A stretch of DNA of 64,000 nt, taken from the NCBI RefSeq assembly GCF_013004595.1, contig NZ_JABEMC010000005.1, forward strand, positions 186,001-250,000, given 5' to 3'. Below the pieces are notes generated by a model, which saw nothing but the letters and a program-made list of their open reading frames with translations, was not told the DNA's origin and did not search any database. This stretch comes from Brevibacterium luteolum. Its GTDB lineage: Bacteria > Actinomycetota > Actinomycetes > Actinomycetales > Brevibacteriaceae. Shown one piece after another: positions 10,578 through 22,340 of the stretch (within the stretch, counting starts at the first letter, position 1; each line of letters begins with the position of its first letter). Made by a program: the position numbers and the translations under genes.

Positions 10578-11495
10578 ATGGTTCCATCCGCTCCCGAGGC
10601 GGTTCTCACCGAAGCCGCGGAGCTCACCGATGAGGTGCGTGCGCTGCTGTCGCAAGCCGCTGCCGCTGACGGCATCGCCCCGATCTCCGATGGGCTCTTG
10701 GAGGCCGCCGGTGACGACCCGTGGATCATGCTCGAAGCCCGGGCCGGTGATGAGCTCATCGGCTTCGGCATCGCCGCAGCCCAAGGCGAGCGCGGTGCGC
10801 TCGAAGCCGTCATCGCGCCCGCCGCCCGCGGCAACGGCTACGGGCGCACCCTCATCGATGCGCTCATCGCACGCGCCGGCCACCCGGTGTGGATGTGGTC
10901 GCACGGCGACCATCCGGCCGCCGCGACGATCGCGACGACCCACGGCTTCTCCCGCGCTCGTGAGCTGCTGCAACTGCAGACCGGGCCAGTGGGAGAGCTC
11001 TCGCTGCCCGACCGCCCGGCCCCGGACGGGGTGACGCTGCGCTCCTTCGCCCCCGGTGATGAGCCCGGCTGGCTGGCGGTCAACAACGCCGCCTTCGACT
11101 GGCACCCCGAACAGGGCCACCAGGAGCTTGCCGACATCGAGGCGATCGTCACCGCCCCCGGCTTCGACCCGGATTCGGTCATCATCGCCACCACTGCTGG
11201 CGAGGATGGCCGCGAGCAGATCATCGGATTCCACCAGACGAAGCTCTCCGACGACCACCCGTCGGGTCAGCGGGTCGGGGAGGTCTACGTCATCGCCACC
11301 GACCCCGCCGTCCATGCCCGCGGCGTCGGCCAGGCGCTGACCGTGGCCGGGATGCGCTACCTCATCGACGCCGGTGCCGAGTTCATCGAGCTCTACGTCG
11401 AATCCGACAACGACCCGGCCCGCCGGCTCTACGCCCGGCTGGGCTTCGACCGGGAGATCATGCACGTCAGCTACGCCCCACCGCAGGAGTCCTGA
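10578..11495 (+). CDS. mshD: Mycothiol synthase (tandem GNAT)
   Basis: [44 protein letters not shown]. Confidence 0.93.
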   Translation: MVPSAPEAVLTEAAELTDEVRALLSQAAAADGIAPISDGLLEAAGDDPWIMLEARAGDELIGFGIAAAQGERGALEAVIAPAARGNGYGRTLIDALIARAGHPVWMWSHGDHPAAATIATTHGFSRARELLQLQTGPVGELSLPDRPAPDGVTLRSFAPGDEPGWLAVNNAAFDWHPEQGHQELADIEAIVTAPGFDPDSVIIATTAGEDGREQIIGFHQTKLSDDHPSGQRVGEVYVIATDPAVHARGVGQALTVAGMRYLIDAGAEFIELYVESDNDPARRLYARLGFDREIMHVSYAPPQES

Positions 11496-11496
11496 C

Positions 11497-13632
11497 ATGT
11501 ACGACGTCTCCGCCTTCGGCGCCACCCACGACCTGCCGGCACCGGCCGACCGGTTCCTCGACCGTGAGCTGTCGTGGCTGGCGTTCAACGAACGCGTGCT
11601 CGCCCTGGCTGCTGATGAGACTATCCCGCTTTTGGAGCGGGTGAACTTCCTGTCGATCTTCGCGTCGAACCTCGATGAGTTCTTCATGGTCCGCGTCGCC
11701 GGGCTCAAACGCCGCATCGCTACCGGTTTGGCCGTCCCCTCTGTCACCGGCGCGCAGCCGCGGGCGGTCATGCGCTCGCTGGGCAAGCACACCCACGCGC
11801 TCATGGAGCGCCACGCCGCCCTCTTCACCGAGGACATCGAACCAGCCCTCAGCCGCGAGGGCATCCGGCTCGTGCGCATGGACGAGCTCACCGGTGAGGA
11901 GCAGACGATCATCGACGAGATGTTCGACACCCAGGTGTTCCCGGTCCTCACCCCGCTGGCCGTCGACCCGGCGCATCCGTTCCCCTACATCTCCGGGCTC
12001 TCGCTCAACCTCGGGGTGCTGCTGCGCCACCCGCAGACCGGCAATGAGGTCTTCGCCCGCGTCAAGGTCCCGCAGTCGCTGCCGCGCTTCGTCGACGTCG
12101 CCGCCTCCAACCGCACCCAAGGGGTCTCGCCCGAGGCGCCGGCCCGGTTCGTGGCGATGGAGGACATCATCGCCGCCAACCTCGACCGGCTCTTCGAGGG
12201 CATGGACGTCATCGGCCATTCGCTGTTCCGCGTCACCCGCAACGAGGACCTCGAAGTCGAAGAGGACGACGCCGAGAACCTCCTCAAGGCCCTGGAGAAG
12301 GAACTGACCCGCCGCCGCTTCGGTCCCGCAGTGCGCTTGGAGGTCACCGAGGAGCTGCACCCGCGAGTGCGCCGCATCCTCGTCCAGGAACTCGAGATCG
12401 ACGAATCGGAGATCTACGAACTGCCCCGGCCGCTCGACATGCGGGGCTTGAGCGAGCTGGCCTCGATCGCCCGCGAAGACCTGCACTTCCCGCAGGCGGT
12501 GCCGGCGATGAACCGCTATCTGTCCCAGGCGGAGACCTCCGACCAGGTCGACATCTTCGAGGCGGTCAAGGAACGCGACATCCTCCTGCACCACCCCTAC
12601 GATTCGTTCTCCACGAGCGTGCAGGCCTTCATCGAGCAGGCGGCCAACGACCCGAATGTGCTGGCGATCAAGCAGACGCTCTACCGCACCTCTGGCGACT
12701 CTCCCATCGTCGATGCGCTCGTCGACGCCGCCCAGGCCGGCAAGCAGGTGCTGGCCGTCGTCGAGATCAAGGCACGCTTCGATGAGGAGGCCAACATCAC
12801 ATGGGCGCGCAAGCTCGAACGCGCCGGCGTCCACGTCGTCTACGGCATCGTCGGGCTGAAAACACACGCCAAGCTGTGCCTTGTCGTCCGGCAGGAGGCC
12901 ACCGGGCTCGCCCGCTACTGCCATGTCGGCACCGGCAACTACCATCCGAAGACCGCCCGCCTGTATGAGGACTTCGGACTGCTCACCTGCGACCCGGAGG
13001 TCGGCCAGGACCTGACGAAGCTGTTCAACCAGCTCTCCGGCTACGCCCCGCAGTCCGAGTACGCCCGGCTGCTCGTCGCCCCGACCCGGGTGCGCGAAGG
13101 ACTGCTCGAGCTCATCCGCGCCGAGACCGCCCATGCCGAAGCCGGCCGGGAGGCGTCGATCCGGCTGAAGGTCAACTCGATCGTCGACGAGCGGATCATC
13201 GATGCCCTCTACCTCGCCAGCCGAGCCGGGGTGCGCATCCAGCTGTTCGTGCGCGGCATCTGCGCGATCCGCCCGGGCATCCCGGGGTTGAGTGAGAACA
13301 TCGAGGTCCGCTCGATCCTCGGCCGCTACCTGGAGCACTCCCGGGTGTTCGTCTTCGCCAACGGCGGGCACACGATCGCCTACATCGGCTCCGCCGACCT
13401 CATGCACCGCAACCTCGACCGCCGCGTCGAGGCACTCGTGAAACTGCGCGACCCCGAGCACATCGCCGAGGTCAGCGGGCTGTTCGACCTCGCCTTCGAC
13501 GATCGCACCGGTTCCTTCCATCTCGGCTCCGGCGGCATCTGGACGCGTGAGGCCAACGGCGAGGATCCGATCGACTATCAGGCCGAGCTCATCCGCCGGC
13601 ACCACCGCAAGCGCGCGACCGCGCAGGCGTGA
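11497..13632 (+). CDS. ppk1: Polyphosphate kinase 1
   Basis: [54 protein letters not shown]. Confidence 0.97.
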   Translation: MYDVSAFGATHDLPAPADRFLDRELSWLAFNERVLALAADETIPLLERVNFLSIFASNLDEFFMVRVAGLKRRIATGLAVPSVTGAQPRAVMRSLGKHTHALMERHAALFTEDIEPALSREGIRLVRMDELTGEEQTIIDEMFDTQVFPVLTPLAVDPAHPFPYISGLSLNLGVLLRHPQTGNEVFARVKVPQSLPRFVDVAASNRTQGVSPEAPARFVAMEDIIAANLDRLFEGMDVIGHSLFRVTRNEDLEVEEDDAENLLKALEKELTRRRFGPAVRLEVTEELHPRVRRILVQELEIDESEIYELPRPLDMRGLSELASIAREDLHFPQAVPAMNRYLSQAETSDQVDIFEAVKERDILLHHPYDSFSTSVQAFIEQAANDPNVLAIKQTLYRTSGDSPIVDALVDAAQAGKQVLAVVEIKARFDEEANITWARKLERAGVHVVYGIVGLKTHAKLCLVVRQEATGLARYCHVGTGNYHPKTARLYEDFGLLTCDPEVGQDLTKLFNQLSGYAPQSEYARLLVAPTRVREGLLELIRAETAHAEAGREASIRLKVNSIVDERIIDALYLASRAGVRIQLFVRGICAIRPGIPGLSENIEVRSILGRYLEHSRVFVFANGGHTIAYIGSADLMHRNLDRRVEALVKLRDPEHIAEVSGLFDLAFDDRTGSFHLGSGGIWTREANGEDPIDYQAELIRRHHRKRATAQA

Positions 13633-13656
13633 GCGCACCGTCATGAGAGGAGTGCT

Positions 13657-14631
13657 GTGAGCCCGACACCTGTCTCGACCGCCGGCGAATCCGCCCGGCT
13701 GAAGGCCGATGTGCTGGCCGGGGGCGCGGTGTGTTGGCGGGAGACGAGCGCTGGGCTGGAAGTGCTGCTCGTCCATCGGCCGAAGTACAACGACTGGTCG
13801 TGGCCCAAGGGCAAGGTCGAGAAGGGTGAGACGCTGCCCGAATGCGCTGTGCGCGAAGTCGAGGAGGAGACCGGACTCAAGATCCACCTCGGGCTACCGC
13901 TGCCTGCTGCCCGCTACACGGTCGGCAAGAACCTGCAGAAGCACGTCGCCTACTGGGCCGCCGAGGTGACCGGAGAGGCGAAGCTCACGGCGAGTGATCC
14001 GAAGGAGATCGACGACATCGGCTGGTTCTCCGTCGAACGAGCCCGGCAGATGCTGACGCTCTTCGCCGACCGGGAGCAGCTCGACAAAGTCGAGCACGCC
14101 CGCCGCACCGGGTCGCTGCGCGCCTGGCCGCTCGTTATCGTCCGCCACGGCAAGGCCTTCCCACGCGCCAAGTGGCATGAGACCGAGCATGTGCGCCCGC
14201 TGCTGGCTGTCGGAACCCGGCAGGCGATGGCGTTGACGAACCTGCTGGGAGCCTGGAACCTCCAGAAGCTCGTCTCCAGTCCGTGGAAGCGGTGTGTTGC
14301 CACCCTCAAACCGGTCGCAGCAGCGACGGGCTTTCGAATCAAGCAGGTTTCCGCACTGTCGGAGAAAGGCAATGCGGACTCGCCGAAGAAGACCGTCAAA
14401 GCGCTGACGAAGCTGCTGTACAAGGGCAGGCCGGTGGCAGTGTGCACGCACCGGCCGGTGCTGCCGACGGTGCTCGACTTCATCGCCGATCACGCCCCGA
14501 AGGGCCTGGCTGCGCACCTGCCGGATAAGGATCCGTACATGAATCCCGGTGAGATTCTCGTCGCCTATGTGCGCCCAGGTGAGGTGCCGCGCATCGTCGA
14601 GGTCGAACGCTACCGCCCGATCGACACGTGA
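13657..14631 (+). CDS. mutT1: NUDIX hydrolase fused to a histidine phosphatase domain (MutT1-like)
   Basis: Nudix box PKGKVEKGETLPECAVREVEEETG plus VRHG phosphatase motif. Confidence 0.88.
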   Translation: MSPTPVSTAGESARLKADVLAGGAVCWRETSAGLEVLLVHRPKYNDWSWPKGKVEKGETLPECAVREVEEETGLKIHLGLPLPAARYTVGKNLQKHVAYWAAEVTGEAKLTASDPKEIDDIGWFSVERARQMLTLFADREQLDKVEHARRTGSLRAWPLVIVRHGKAFPRAKWHETEHVRPLLAVGTRQAMALTNLLGAWNLQKLVSSPWKRCVATLKPVAAATGFRIKQVSALSEKGNADSPKKTVKALTKLLYKGRPVAVCTHRPVLPTVLDFIADHAPKGLAAHLPDKDPYMNPGEILVAYVRPGEVPRIVEVERYRPIDT

Positions 14632-14677
14632 AAAGCCCACCAGCCGTCGGCAGCGGCGTGTGTGTCAGCCGGTCGAG

Positions 14678-14977
14678 TCAGGAGTACCCGCCTTCATCCT
14701 CCCAATCGTTGAGCCGCATGAGCTTCTCTCGCGTGTAGCGCCGCCGCACACCGTAGCCAGCGAGATCGTCTTCCGGGATGAACAGCGCACCGTAGAATTC
14801 GAGTGAGGCGCGCACCCGGCTCTTCTCGTCGTCGGAGAGGTTGCCTCGTCCCCTTTCGAACTCCTTCACCTGCCCTCGGGTCACCCCCGCCTTCTTGGCG
14901 ATCGTCGCCGCCGACACCTTTGTGAACGCACGCGCAGCACGGGCAAGATCGCTGGTGAGAAATACCTTTTCAGTCAT
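14678..14977 (-). CDS. XRE-family HTH protein
   Basis: RAARA...IAKKAGVTRGQVKEFERG HTH; AAGGAGAGG RBS. Confidence 0.8.
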   Translation of the reverse strand: MTEKVFLTSDLARAARAFTKVSAATIAKKAGVTRGQVKEFERGRGNLSDDEKSRVRASLEFYGALFIPEDDLAGYGVRRRYTREKLMRLNDWEDEGGYS

Positions 14978-15189
14978 ATCCCTCTCCTTTCGCTAGGGTT
15001 GGCTCTCCAACTCTAGGCCACCTGCCTGCAAGCCGCGCGGGAGTCACAAGCCAGCCACCTGCCCCGCCGGACGCAGACGCGGCACAGGGTGGGAGCAGAC
15101 GCGGCACAGCACAACCTCCGGCGCCGCCATGTGAAGCGCGTCACTTCCTTTATCAAACTGTGAGCAAATAAGCACTGACTTTCGGGCGC

Positions 15190-15207
15190 GTTAACCGTTT
15201 GTTCACC
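15190..15207 (+). promoter_or_regulatory. PHO box-like direct repeat upstream of pstS
   Basis: GTTAACC-N4-GTTCACC, 11-bp spacing as in actinobacterial PhoP boxes. Confidence 0.7.
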
Positions 15208-15304
15208 TTCGGACTGCTTTGCCGTCACAGACCACTCGTAGCTTTGGAGCGTACGCGGGCGAGATGATGTCGAACGCCCTCCAATTCCAACGAAAGGCAA
15301 CCCT

Positions 15305-16414
15305 GTGAAACTCAACCGCTTTGCCCCTGCGGCCATCCTCGCAGCCGGTGCGCTCACCCTCTCGGCCTGTGGCGGCTCGTCGGCAACCGGCGAAGAAGGC
15401 AACGGCGGCGGTGGCGGCGAGGGCAGCAACCTCTCGGGCACCCTCACCGGAATCGGCGCTTCCTCCCAGAAGGCCGCCATGGACGCCTGGATCGCTGACT
15501 TCACCAGCGAGAACTCCGACGCTCAGGTGCAGTACTCGCCGGATGGCTCTGGTGCTGGCCGCGAGCAGTTCCTCGGCGGCAATGCCCAGTTCGCGGGCTC
15601 GGACTCCTACCTCGATGAGGATGAGATCGAGACGGCCAAGGATGTCTGCGGGCCCGACGGCGCCTACGAGTTCCCCGTCTACATCTCCCCGATCGCTGTC
15701 GCCTACAACCTCGAAGGTGTCGACGAGGTGAAGCTCTCGGCTGAGACCATCGCCAAGATCTTCAAGGGCGAGATCACCAAGTGGAACGATGAGGCGATCG
15801 CCTCGGAGAACGAGGGTGTCGAGCTGCCGGACGAGCAGATCACCCCGGTGCACCGCTCCGATGACTCGGGCACCACCGAGAACTTCACCGAGTACCTTGC
15901 CGACGCCGCCGGCGACACCTGGGACGAAGAGCCTGCTGACGCCTTCCCGTCGGCCTTCGGCGGCGAAGCCGCACAGGGCACTGACGGCGTCGTCCAGACC
16001 GTCAACGACACCCCGGGCGCCATCGGCTACGCCGACGCCTCGGCTGTCGGCGACCTCGGCACCGTCCACGTCAAGGTCGGCGAAGAGTACGTCGAGTACA
16101 CCCCGGAAGCCGCTGCCAAGGTCGTTGACGCCTCGGAGCCGGTTGAGGGACGCGGCGACGGCGACCTCGCCATCGACCTCAAGCGCGACACCACCGAGTC
16201 CGGCGCCTACCCGATCGTCCTCGTGTCGTACCACCTCGTGTGCTCGACCTACCAGGACCAGGAGACCGTCGACCTCGTCAAGGCCTGGGAGAACTTCGTC
16301 GTCTCCGAGGAGGGCCAGCAGTCGGCTGCCGAGTCGGCCGGTTCGGCCCCGATCTCTGACGATCTGCGCTCGCAGATCACCGAGATCCTCGACACCATCG
16401 AGGTCAAGTCCTGA
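15305..16414 (+). CDS. pstS: Phosphate ABC transporter substrate-binding lipoprotein
   Basis: Lipobox LSAC, GASSQ, GSGAG, FAGSD, HRSDDSGTT. Confidence 0.96.
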   Translation: MKLNRFAPAAILAAGALTLSACGGSSATGEEGNGGGGGEGSNLSGTLTGIGASSQKAAMDAWIADFTSENSDAQVQYSPDGSGAGREQFLGGNAQFAGSDSYLDEDEIETAKDVCGPDGAYEFPVYISPIAVAYNLEGVDEVKLSAETIAKIFKGEITKWNDEAIASENEGVELPDEQITPVHRSDDSGTTENFTEYLADAAGDTWDEEPADAFPSAFGGEAAQGTDGVVQTVNDTPGAIGYADASAVGDLGTVHVKVGEEYVEYTPEAAAKVVDASEPVEGRGDGDLAIDLKRDTTESGAYPIVLVSYHLVCSTYQDQETVDLVKAWENFVVSEEGQQSAAESAGSAPISDDLRSQITEILDTIEVKS

Positions 16415-16554
16415 CCCGGTCGGGAAGCTGCGCCTGCGCAGCTGACGTATCCTGAGGCGGTGTGCTGCTGACGCTTTCGGCAGCACACCGCTTCGGCGGG
16501 TTATTGAGACCCACACTATCGCCCACCTCACAGTTTCTGACCGAGGAGACCTTC

Positions 16555-17514
16555 TTGGCCACCACCGCCCCGGAGAAGACACCCCCGGCGTCACAGCCGA
16601 AGGCCGTTGTCCGCGTCGGCGATGCCGTGTTCTCAACGGCAACCCTGGCCGCCGGCATCCTGATCCTGCTGATCCTCGCCGGCGTCGCACTGTTCCTTCT
16701 GTTCCAGTCCTGGCCGGTCCTCAAAGCGCAGGCAACCGACCCGGAGTCGATCACCGGCGGCGGATTCTTCGCCTACGTCTGGCCGCTCATCATCGGCACC
16801 CTGGTCTCCGCGTTCATCGCACTCCTCGTGGCAACGCCGTTCTCACTGGGCATCGCACTGTTCACCACGCACATGGCTCCGCGCAAGCTCGCCCCGGTCC
16901 TCGGCTACACCATCGACCTGCTCGCAGCGATCCCCTCGGTCGTCTACGGCCTGTGGGGCCTCATGCTCGCCAGCCACCTCGTCCCGATCTACGCGTGGCT
17001 GGCCAAGTACTTCGGCTGGATCCCGATCTTCGCCCCGACTGAGGACGGCGGCATCTCACAGACCGGGCGCACCATGCTCACCGCGTCACTGGTCCTGGCC
17101 ATCATGATCCTGCCGATCATCACCTCCCTCATCCGCGAAGTGTTCCTGCAGACCCCGCGCCTGCAGGAGGAGGCCGCCCTGGCTCTGGGCGCGACCCGCT
17201 GGGAGATGATCCGGATGGCCGTGCTGCCCTTCGGCACCTCCGGCATCGCCTCGGCCATCATGCTCGGCCTCGGCCGCGCGCTCGGCGAGACCATGGCTGT
17301 GGCCATGATCCTGTCCTCTGGCCTGCTGACCGCCTCGCTCGTGCAGGCTGGCAACCAGACGATCGCCTCGGAGATCGCGCAGAACTTCCCGGAGGCTGCA
17401 GGGCTGCGCCTGTCCGAACTGATCTCGATCGGCCTCGTGCTGTTCATCATCACGCTCATCGTCAACATGGCCGCCCGCGCCATCGTGGCCAAGACCTCGG
17501 TGAAGGGAAGCTGA
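16555..17514 (+). CDS. pstC: Phosphate ABC transporter permease
   Basis: LAAIPSVVYGLWG, EAALALGATRWE, GRALGETMAV; TTG start after GAGGAG. Confidence 0.95.
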   Translation: MATTAPEKTPPASQPKAVVRVGDAVFSTATLAAGILILLILAGVALFLLFQSWPVLKAQATDPESITGGGFFAYVWPLIIGTLVSAFIALLVATPFSLGIALFTTHMAPRKLAPVLGYTIDLLAAIPSVVYGLWGLMLASHLVPIYAWLAKYFGWIPIFAPTEDGGISQTGRTMLTASLVLAIMILPIITSLIREVFLQTPRLQEEAALALGATRWEMIRMAVLPFGTSGIASAIMLGLGRALGETMAVAMILSSGLLTASLVQAGNQTIASEIAQNFPEAAGLRLSELISIGLVLFIITLIVNMAARAIVAKTSVKGS

Positions 17515-17515
17515 C

Positions 17516-18718
17516 ATGCAGAAGTCGAACACCTCGCTGCAGCCTCAGACGCAGCAACCGGCAGACACCGGCACACCAGCACCCCGGCAGAAGAAGAAGC
17601 GGACCGCCATCGAGCTGAAGTCCAAGCAGCTGCCCAAGTGGGCGCCGTGGGGCGTTGCCGCGGCCGCGATCATCGCCGCCATCGCGCTGTCGTTCATCTT
17701 CACCGGAGGCTTCAACATCGCCCTGGCCGCTCTGCTCGCCGGCCTCATCAACCTCGCCGTGATCTTCGCCTGGTCGTTTGCCGTTGAAGGTCAACGCAAG
17801 GCCACCGACCGGGTGGCGACAACGCTGGTGACCTCCGCCTTCGCGATCGCCTGCATTCCGCTCATCTCGCTGCTGTGGACGGCGCTTGAGCGCGGCGGCC
17901 CGGTGCTGCTCGAGCACCCCTCAGTGCTCAACCGCACGATGCAGGGCATGAAGGGTGTGCTCGACCAGGAGTACGTCGCCGGCGAGACGAGCCTGGCCGG
18001 CGGCTTCTACCACGCGATCGCCGGCACCGTCCTCATCACGCTGGCCTCGTGTGTCATCTCGATCCCGATCGGCGTGCTCACCGCGATCTACCTCGTCGAG
18101 TACGGCCGCCGGAATCCCCTGGCCCGCGGCATCACTTTCCTTGTCGACGTCATGACCGGCATCCCTTCGATCGTCGCCGGCCTGTTCGCGTTCTCGCTCT
18201 TCGGCACGATCGCCGCGATCGTCAATCCCGGTGCGATCGGCTCTGCCAAGACCGGTATCGCCGCAGCGGTCGCACTCTCGGTGCTCATGATCCCGGTGGT
18301 GGTGCGCAACACCGAGGAGATCCTCCGACTCGTGCCGATGGATCTGCGTGAGGCGACCTACGCGCTCGGTGTGCCGAAGTGGAAGACGATCGTGCGAATC
18401 GTCCTGCCGACGGCGATCTCGGGCATCCTGTCCGGCATCACCATCGCCATCGCGCGTGTCATCGGTGAGACCGCGCCGATCATGGTGACCGCAGGCTTCG
18501 CCAAGAACCTCAACTGGGACCTGTTCTCCGGCTGGATGTCGACGCTGCCCACCTATATCTACGACTCGCAGATGCGCCCGGTCTCACCCGGCGTGGCAGC
18601 AGCGGCCTCCAGCGAGCGCGCTTGGGCGGCGGCCCTCGTGCTCATCATCATCGTCATGCTGCTCAACCTCATCGCACGGCTCATCGCCAAGGCCCTCGCC
18701 CCCAAGGCCGGACGCTGA
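17516..18718 (+). CDS. pstA: Phosphate ABC transporter permease
   Basis: [27 protein letters not shown]. Confidence 0.95.
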   Translation: MQKSNTSLQPQTQQPADTGTPAPRQKKKRTAIELKSKQLPKWAPWGVAAAAIIAAIALSFIFTGGFNIALAALLAGLINLAVIFAWSFAVEGQRKATDRVATTLVTSAFAIACIPLISLLWTALERGGPVLLEHPSVLNRTMQGMKGVLDQEYVAGETSLAGGFYHAIAGTVLITLASCVISIPIGVLTAIYLVEYGRRNPLARGITFLVDVMTGIPSIVAGLFAFSLFGTIAAIVNPGAIGSAKTGIAAAVALSVLMIPVVVRNTEEILRLVPMDLREATYALGVPKWKTIVRIVLPTAISGILSGITIAIARVIGETAPIMVTAGFAKNLNWDLFSGWMSTLPTYIYDSQMRPVSPGVAAAASSERAWAAALVLIIIVMLLNLIARLIAKALAPKAGR

Positions 18719-18755
18719 CGGCTGCCTGGCAGCTGAAGAAAGGGAAAACTCACTC

Positions 18756-19535
18756 ATGTCCAAGCAGATCGACATCGAAGATCTCAACATCTACTACGGC
18801 GACTTCCTCGCCGTCGAGGGCATCAGCATGCACATCGAGCCGCGCTCGGTGACGGCCTTCATCGGACCGTCCGGATGCGGCAAATCGACGGTGCTGCGCA
18901 CCCTCAACCGCATGCACGAGGTGATCCCCGGCGCACACACGCAGGGCAAGGTGCTCATGGACGGCCAGGACATCTACGCCCCCGGCGTCGACCCGGTCAA
19001 CGTCCGCCGCGAGGTCGGCATGGTCTTCCAGCGCGCCAATCCGTTCCCGACGATGAGCATCAAGGAGAACGTGCTGGCCGGCGTGCGGCTGAACAACCGG
19101 CGCCTGTCGAAGTCCGATGCCGACGATCTCGCCGAGCGCGCCCTGCGCGGAGCGAACCTGTGGAACGAGGTCAAAGACCGTCTCAACCTGCCTGGCTCGG
19201 GCCTGTCCGGTGGTCAGCAGCAGCGTCTGTGCATCGCCCGTGCGATCGCCGTCCAGCCCGAGGTGCTGCTGATGGACGAGCCGTGCTCGGCACTCGACCC
19301 GATCTCGACGCTGGCCATCGAGGACCTCATCAACGAGCTCAAGGATGAGTACACCGTCGTCATCGTCACCCACAACATGCAGCAGGCCGCCCGCGTGTCC
19401 AACCGCACGGCGTTCTTCAACATCGCCGGCACCGGCAAGCCCGGCAAGCTCATCGAGTTCAACGACACCAACCAGATCTTCTCCAACCCGGACAAGGAAG
19501 AGACGCAGAACTACGTCTCCGGCCGCTTCGGCTGA
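18756..19535 (+). CDS. pstB: Phosphate ABC transporter ATP-binding protein
   Basis: [48 protein letters not shown]. Confidence 0.97.
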   Translation: MSKQIDIEDLNIYYGDFLAVEGISMHIEPRSVTAFIGPSGCGKSTVLRTLNRMHEVIPGAHTQGKVLMDGQDIYAPGVDPVNVRREVGMVFQRANPFPTMSIKENVLAGVRLNNRRLSKSDADDLAERALRGANLWNEVKDRLNLPGSGLSGGQQQRLCIARAIAVQPEVLLMDEPCSALDPISTLAIEDLINELKDEYTVVIVTHNMQQAARVSNRTAFFNIAGTGKPGKLIEFNDTNQIFSNPDKEETQNYVSGRFG

Positions 19536-19560
19536 GCCACCCGTCTGCTCCCCCGCACAC

Positions 19561-19608
19561 AGACGACCGTTCCCGAGGTGGTGGACACCACCTCGGGAAC
19601 GGTCGTCT
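19561..19608. terminator. Perfect 23-bp inverted repeat between convergent pstB and pit, built from two copies of the 14-bp motif
   Basis: AGACGACCGTTCCCGAGGTGGTG-GA-CACCACCTCGGGAACGGTCGTCT. Confidence 0.8.
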
Positions 19609-19643
19609 CTGCATGCGGTCTGCAGGTGGTCGGTGCCTGCAGA

Positions 19644-20669
19644 TCAGTGCAGCACGTACAGCGGCAGGGCGACTGCCGCGCCGAGCAGGCCGGCGATGAA
19701 CAAGGCGGTGGCGGCGACGGCGACGACCGGGATGAGGAAGCGGCCGCGCACATGCGGACGGGGTGTGCCCAGCTCGGTGCCGATGTTGGAGGCGATGACG
19801 AGGTAGCTCATCGAGACCGGCAGCCGCAGCAGGGCCGCGGCGACGAAGAGGAAGCCGGCGGAGACGGCGTCGGCGACCGTGGCCTTGACCGGCTCACTCA
19901 TGGTGACCATGCGGACACTGACGGTGCGCACCATCCGCCAGCCGCTGAGGAAGGTGCCCAGCCCGAGGGCGACGGCGATGAGGATGCGAACCGGCCAGGC
20001 GATGCCGAGCACATCGTGGCTGATGCCGACCGGGTCGGTGTGGGCGAGGATCGCGATCATCATGACGACGCCGACCTTCTGCGCGTCCTGCATGCCGTGG
20101 GCCAGGCCGAGAAAGGCCGAGAGCACGTTGTTGGCGAACCGGCTGTGGCGAAACAGCGGCTTGGGCGCGTGGCTGGCCAGTACGCGGGTGGTGGCGCGGC
20201 TGGCGGCGTAGGCGATGACGAGGGCGACGACCGGGAGCAGGAAGGCCGGGGCGATGAGCGTCCAGAACACCAGACCGGCATCGGTGGCGATGCCGAATAC
20301 GAGGGCTGCGCCGATGATCCCGCCGAACAGACAGTGAGTCGAGGACACCGGCACTGCGACCAGGTAGGTGGTGATGTTCCAGACCAGGGCGGCGAAGATC
20401 CCGGCCCCAAGCACTAGCAGGACGGTGTTCTCCACCGGCGGGAACTCGACGAGGGCCACGGCAACGCTTTCAGCCACGCCCTGGCCGAGCAGAGCCCCGA
20501 TGAAATTGAACACCGCTGCGATGATAAGTGCCAGGCGCGGGTGGACGGACCTGGAGGCCACGGCATTGCCGACGGACAGGCCGGCGTCGTGGAAGCCGTT
20601 GACGAAGGCGTAGCTGATGGTGAGGACGATGACGACAGTGAACAGCACGTCGGAGGAGACGACATCCAC
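19644..20669 (-). CDS. pit: Inorganic phosphate transporter (PiT family)
   Basis: NGFHDA, PVSSTH, AHGMQDAQK motifs. Confidence 0.9.
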   Translation of the reverse strand: MDVVSSDVLFTVVIVLTISYAFVNGFHDAGLSVGNAVASRSVHPRLALIIAAVFNFIGALLGQGVAESVAVALVEFPPVENTVLLVLGAGIFAALVWNITTYLVAVPVSSTHCLFGGIIGAALVFGIATDAGLVFWTLIAPAFLLPVVALVIAYAASRATTRVLASHAPKPLFRHSRFANNVLSAFLGLAHGMQDAQKVGVVMMIAILAHTDPVGISHDVLGIAWPVRILIAVALGLGTFLSGWRMVRTVSVRMVTMSEPVKATVADAVSAGFLFVAAALLRLPVSMSYLVIASNIGTELGTPRPHVRGRFLIPVVAVAATALFIAGLLGAAVALPLYVLH

Positions 20670-20676
20670 GTCCGGC

Positions 20677-21297
20677 CTAGGATTCCTTGAGGGCGATGGC
20701 GGCAGCGATGCGGCCGACGTCCTTGAAGGATGCCGAGGCCTGGGTGAAGGCGGACGCCAGCTGCATCGAGGCTGCGGTGTAGGTCAGGCCCCGGCGCGAC
20801 AGCGGCACGGCGTCGGCGATCGATTGGCTCAAGGAGATGGCGCGCAGGTGCAGACGATCCATCGTCTCGACGTAATCCCACTGGTCATAGTGGCCCTGCA
20901 GCCGGCGGGTCATGCGCAGCGTCTGGTCTGATTGGTGCGACAGCACTGCGAGCATCTCCGGCACGCCGGCCGGCAGCTCGTCGAAGACCTGGGAGGTCAT
21001 GGCGAAGCTGACGGACTCCAGTTGGTAGCAGACCTCGCGCAGGCGATCGGCGAGGGCGAAGATGTCTCCGCGGTCGAGCGGGGTGATGTAGTTCTCGCGC
21101 AGCTGCCGGGTGATCACCCCACGTGCGGCGTCGGCCTGGTCGGTCAGCTCCTGCATGCGGGCACTGGCCTGCTGGCGGGCGTCTGCTGGGATGCCGGAGA
21201 GTTCGGCGAGGACGAGGTTGCAGCCCTGGATGAGCTCGGCGAGCTCGGTGCAGCGGGCGAAGAGCTGGGTATCCTGCGGTGTCCGTCTCAGGCGCAC
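20677..21297 (-). CDS. DUF47 (PhoU-like) phosphate transport regulator
   Basis: YITPLDRGDIFALA motif; directly upstream of pit; GTG start after GGAGGA. Confidence 0.88.
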   Translation of the reverse strand: MRLRRTPQDTQLFARCTELAELIQGCNLVLAELSGIPADARQQASARMQELTDQADAARGVITRQLRENYITPLDRGDIFALADRLREVCYQLESVSFAMTSQVFDELPAGVPEMLAVLSHQSDQTLRMTRRLQGHYDQWDYVETMDRLHLRAISLSQSIADAVPLSRRGLTYTAASMQLASAFTQASASFKDVGRIAAAIALKES

Positions 21298-21657
21298 GCC
21301 GTCCTCCGGTGTCTGTCTCAGCGGGATCGTAGGGTGAGGGCCGGCAGCAGGACGCGGGAGGACCGGTTGGTGCCGAAGTGTGGCGGTGCCGGACCGAGAG
21401 CGCCTCTCGGCGTGTGGCCGCTCGAAGCGGCTGATGTTGGAGCCCGGGGCTTCAGCGATCCGGCACCGTGCGCCCAGGATACAAGCTCGTCTTGAATTGC
21501 CCAACCGGGCAGATCCCGGCACGGACCCCGGTGCGACACGAGACCGGCTGGAGGCTGGCCGTCTGTTGTGCAGAAGGCCGCCGGCAGAGCCCCTGGTGAG
21601 AGGATCGCAGGCGTTCTCTGCAATACTCAGCGCTCTCGATGTGGCGCTCAACGTCGA

Positions 21658-22263
21658 TCAGTCGAGGCGGCCTTGGGTGTAGGCCCGCGCGGCGGCGGCG
21701 AGGTCGTCTGCGAGGCGTTCGAAATCCCCCGCGCCCGAGGTGTCGGCTGGGCTCTCGGCCCGACGTCCACGGGCGGTGACGGTGATGAAGGCTGCGGCCC
21801 GGGCCAGTGCGATGGCGTAGTCGCCGCGGAAAGCGCCGGCGAGAATCTCATCGGCGGCCCGGGCAACCTCGTCTGGACCCGGCGGGGAGGCGATGCCGGC
21901 GATCACCTCGGGTGCGGTGCGGCCGTCCCGGCCGGACGAGAACCAGTCCGCGGCCTGGCGCGGCGAACGGCGGATCCACTCGCGGATGGCGTACAGGCGC
22001 CACAGGGAACCGGGCAGGCTCACCGCCGGGGCGCTGGCCCACACCTCGGCGATGGCTTCCAGACCGAACTCCTCGGCCAGGTGGACGAAACGGGCGGTGG
22101 CGGCGTCGTCGCGGTCAGGATCAGTGCTGGAGTCGCGGTGCGGGGAGATGAGCAGGGCAGCCGTCGAGTGCGCGAGCTCGGTGCGCGCGGCAGGATCGGG
22201 GGCGGTGTCGAGCGGATCCATGTCCGGCATCGGCAGGGGCTTGTGAAAACGAGGCTGTGACAC
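21658..22263 (-). CDS. Conserved actinobacterial hypothetical protein
   Basis: SLPGSLWRLY and F-x-GDYAIALARAAAF blocks typical of a conserved Micrococcales family. Confidence 0.75.
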   Translation of the reverse strand: MSQPRFHKPLPMPDMDPLDTAPDPAARTELAHSTAALLISPHRDSSTDPDRDDAATARFVHLAEEFGLEAIAEVWASAPAVSLPGSLWRLYAIREWIRRSPRQAADWFSSGRDGRTAPEVIAGIASPPGPDEVARAADEILAGAFRGDYAIALARAAAFITVTARGRRAESPADTSGAGDFERLADDLAAAARAYTQGRLD

Positions 22264-22340
22264 GCCGCCCAGTCTACGCGGGCTGGCAAGGCGCCCTGTC
22301 GGGAATCCTACATCTGCCTCCCAGCCAGCGGCGCTACCGT

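Noticed and set aside
11467..13887. Long antisense and alternate-frame ORFs (806 aa here; also 29859-32150, 5555-6919, 15203-16690, 33227-34747)
   Set aside because: Shadow ORFs of well-supported genes, expected in high-GC DNA.
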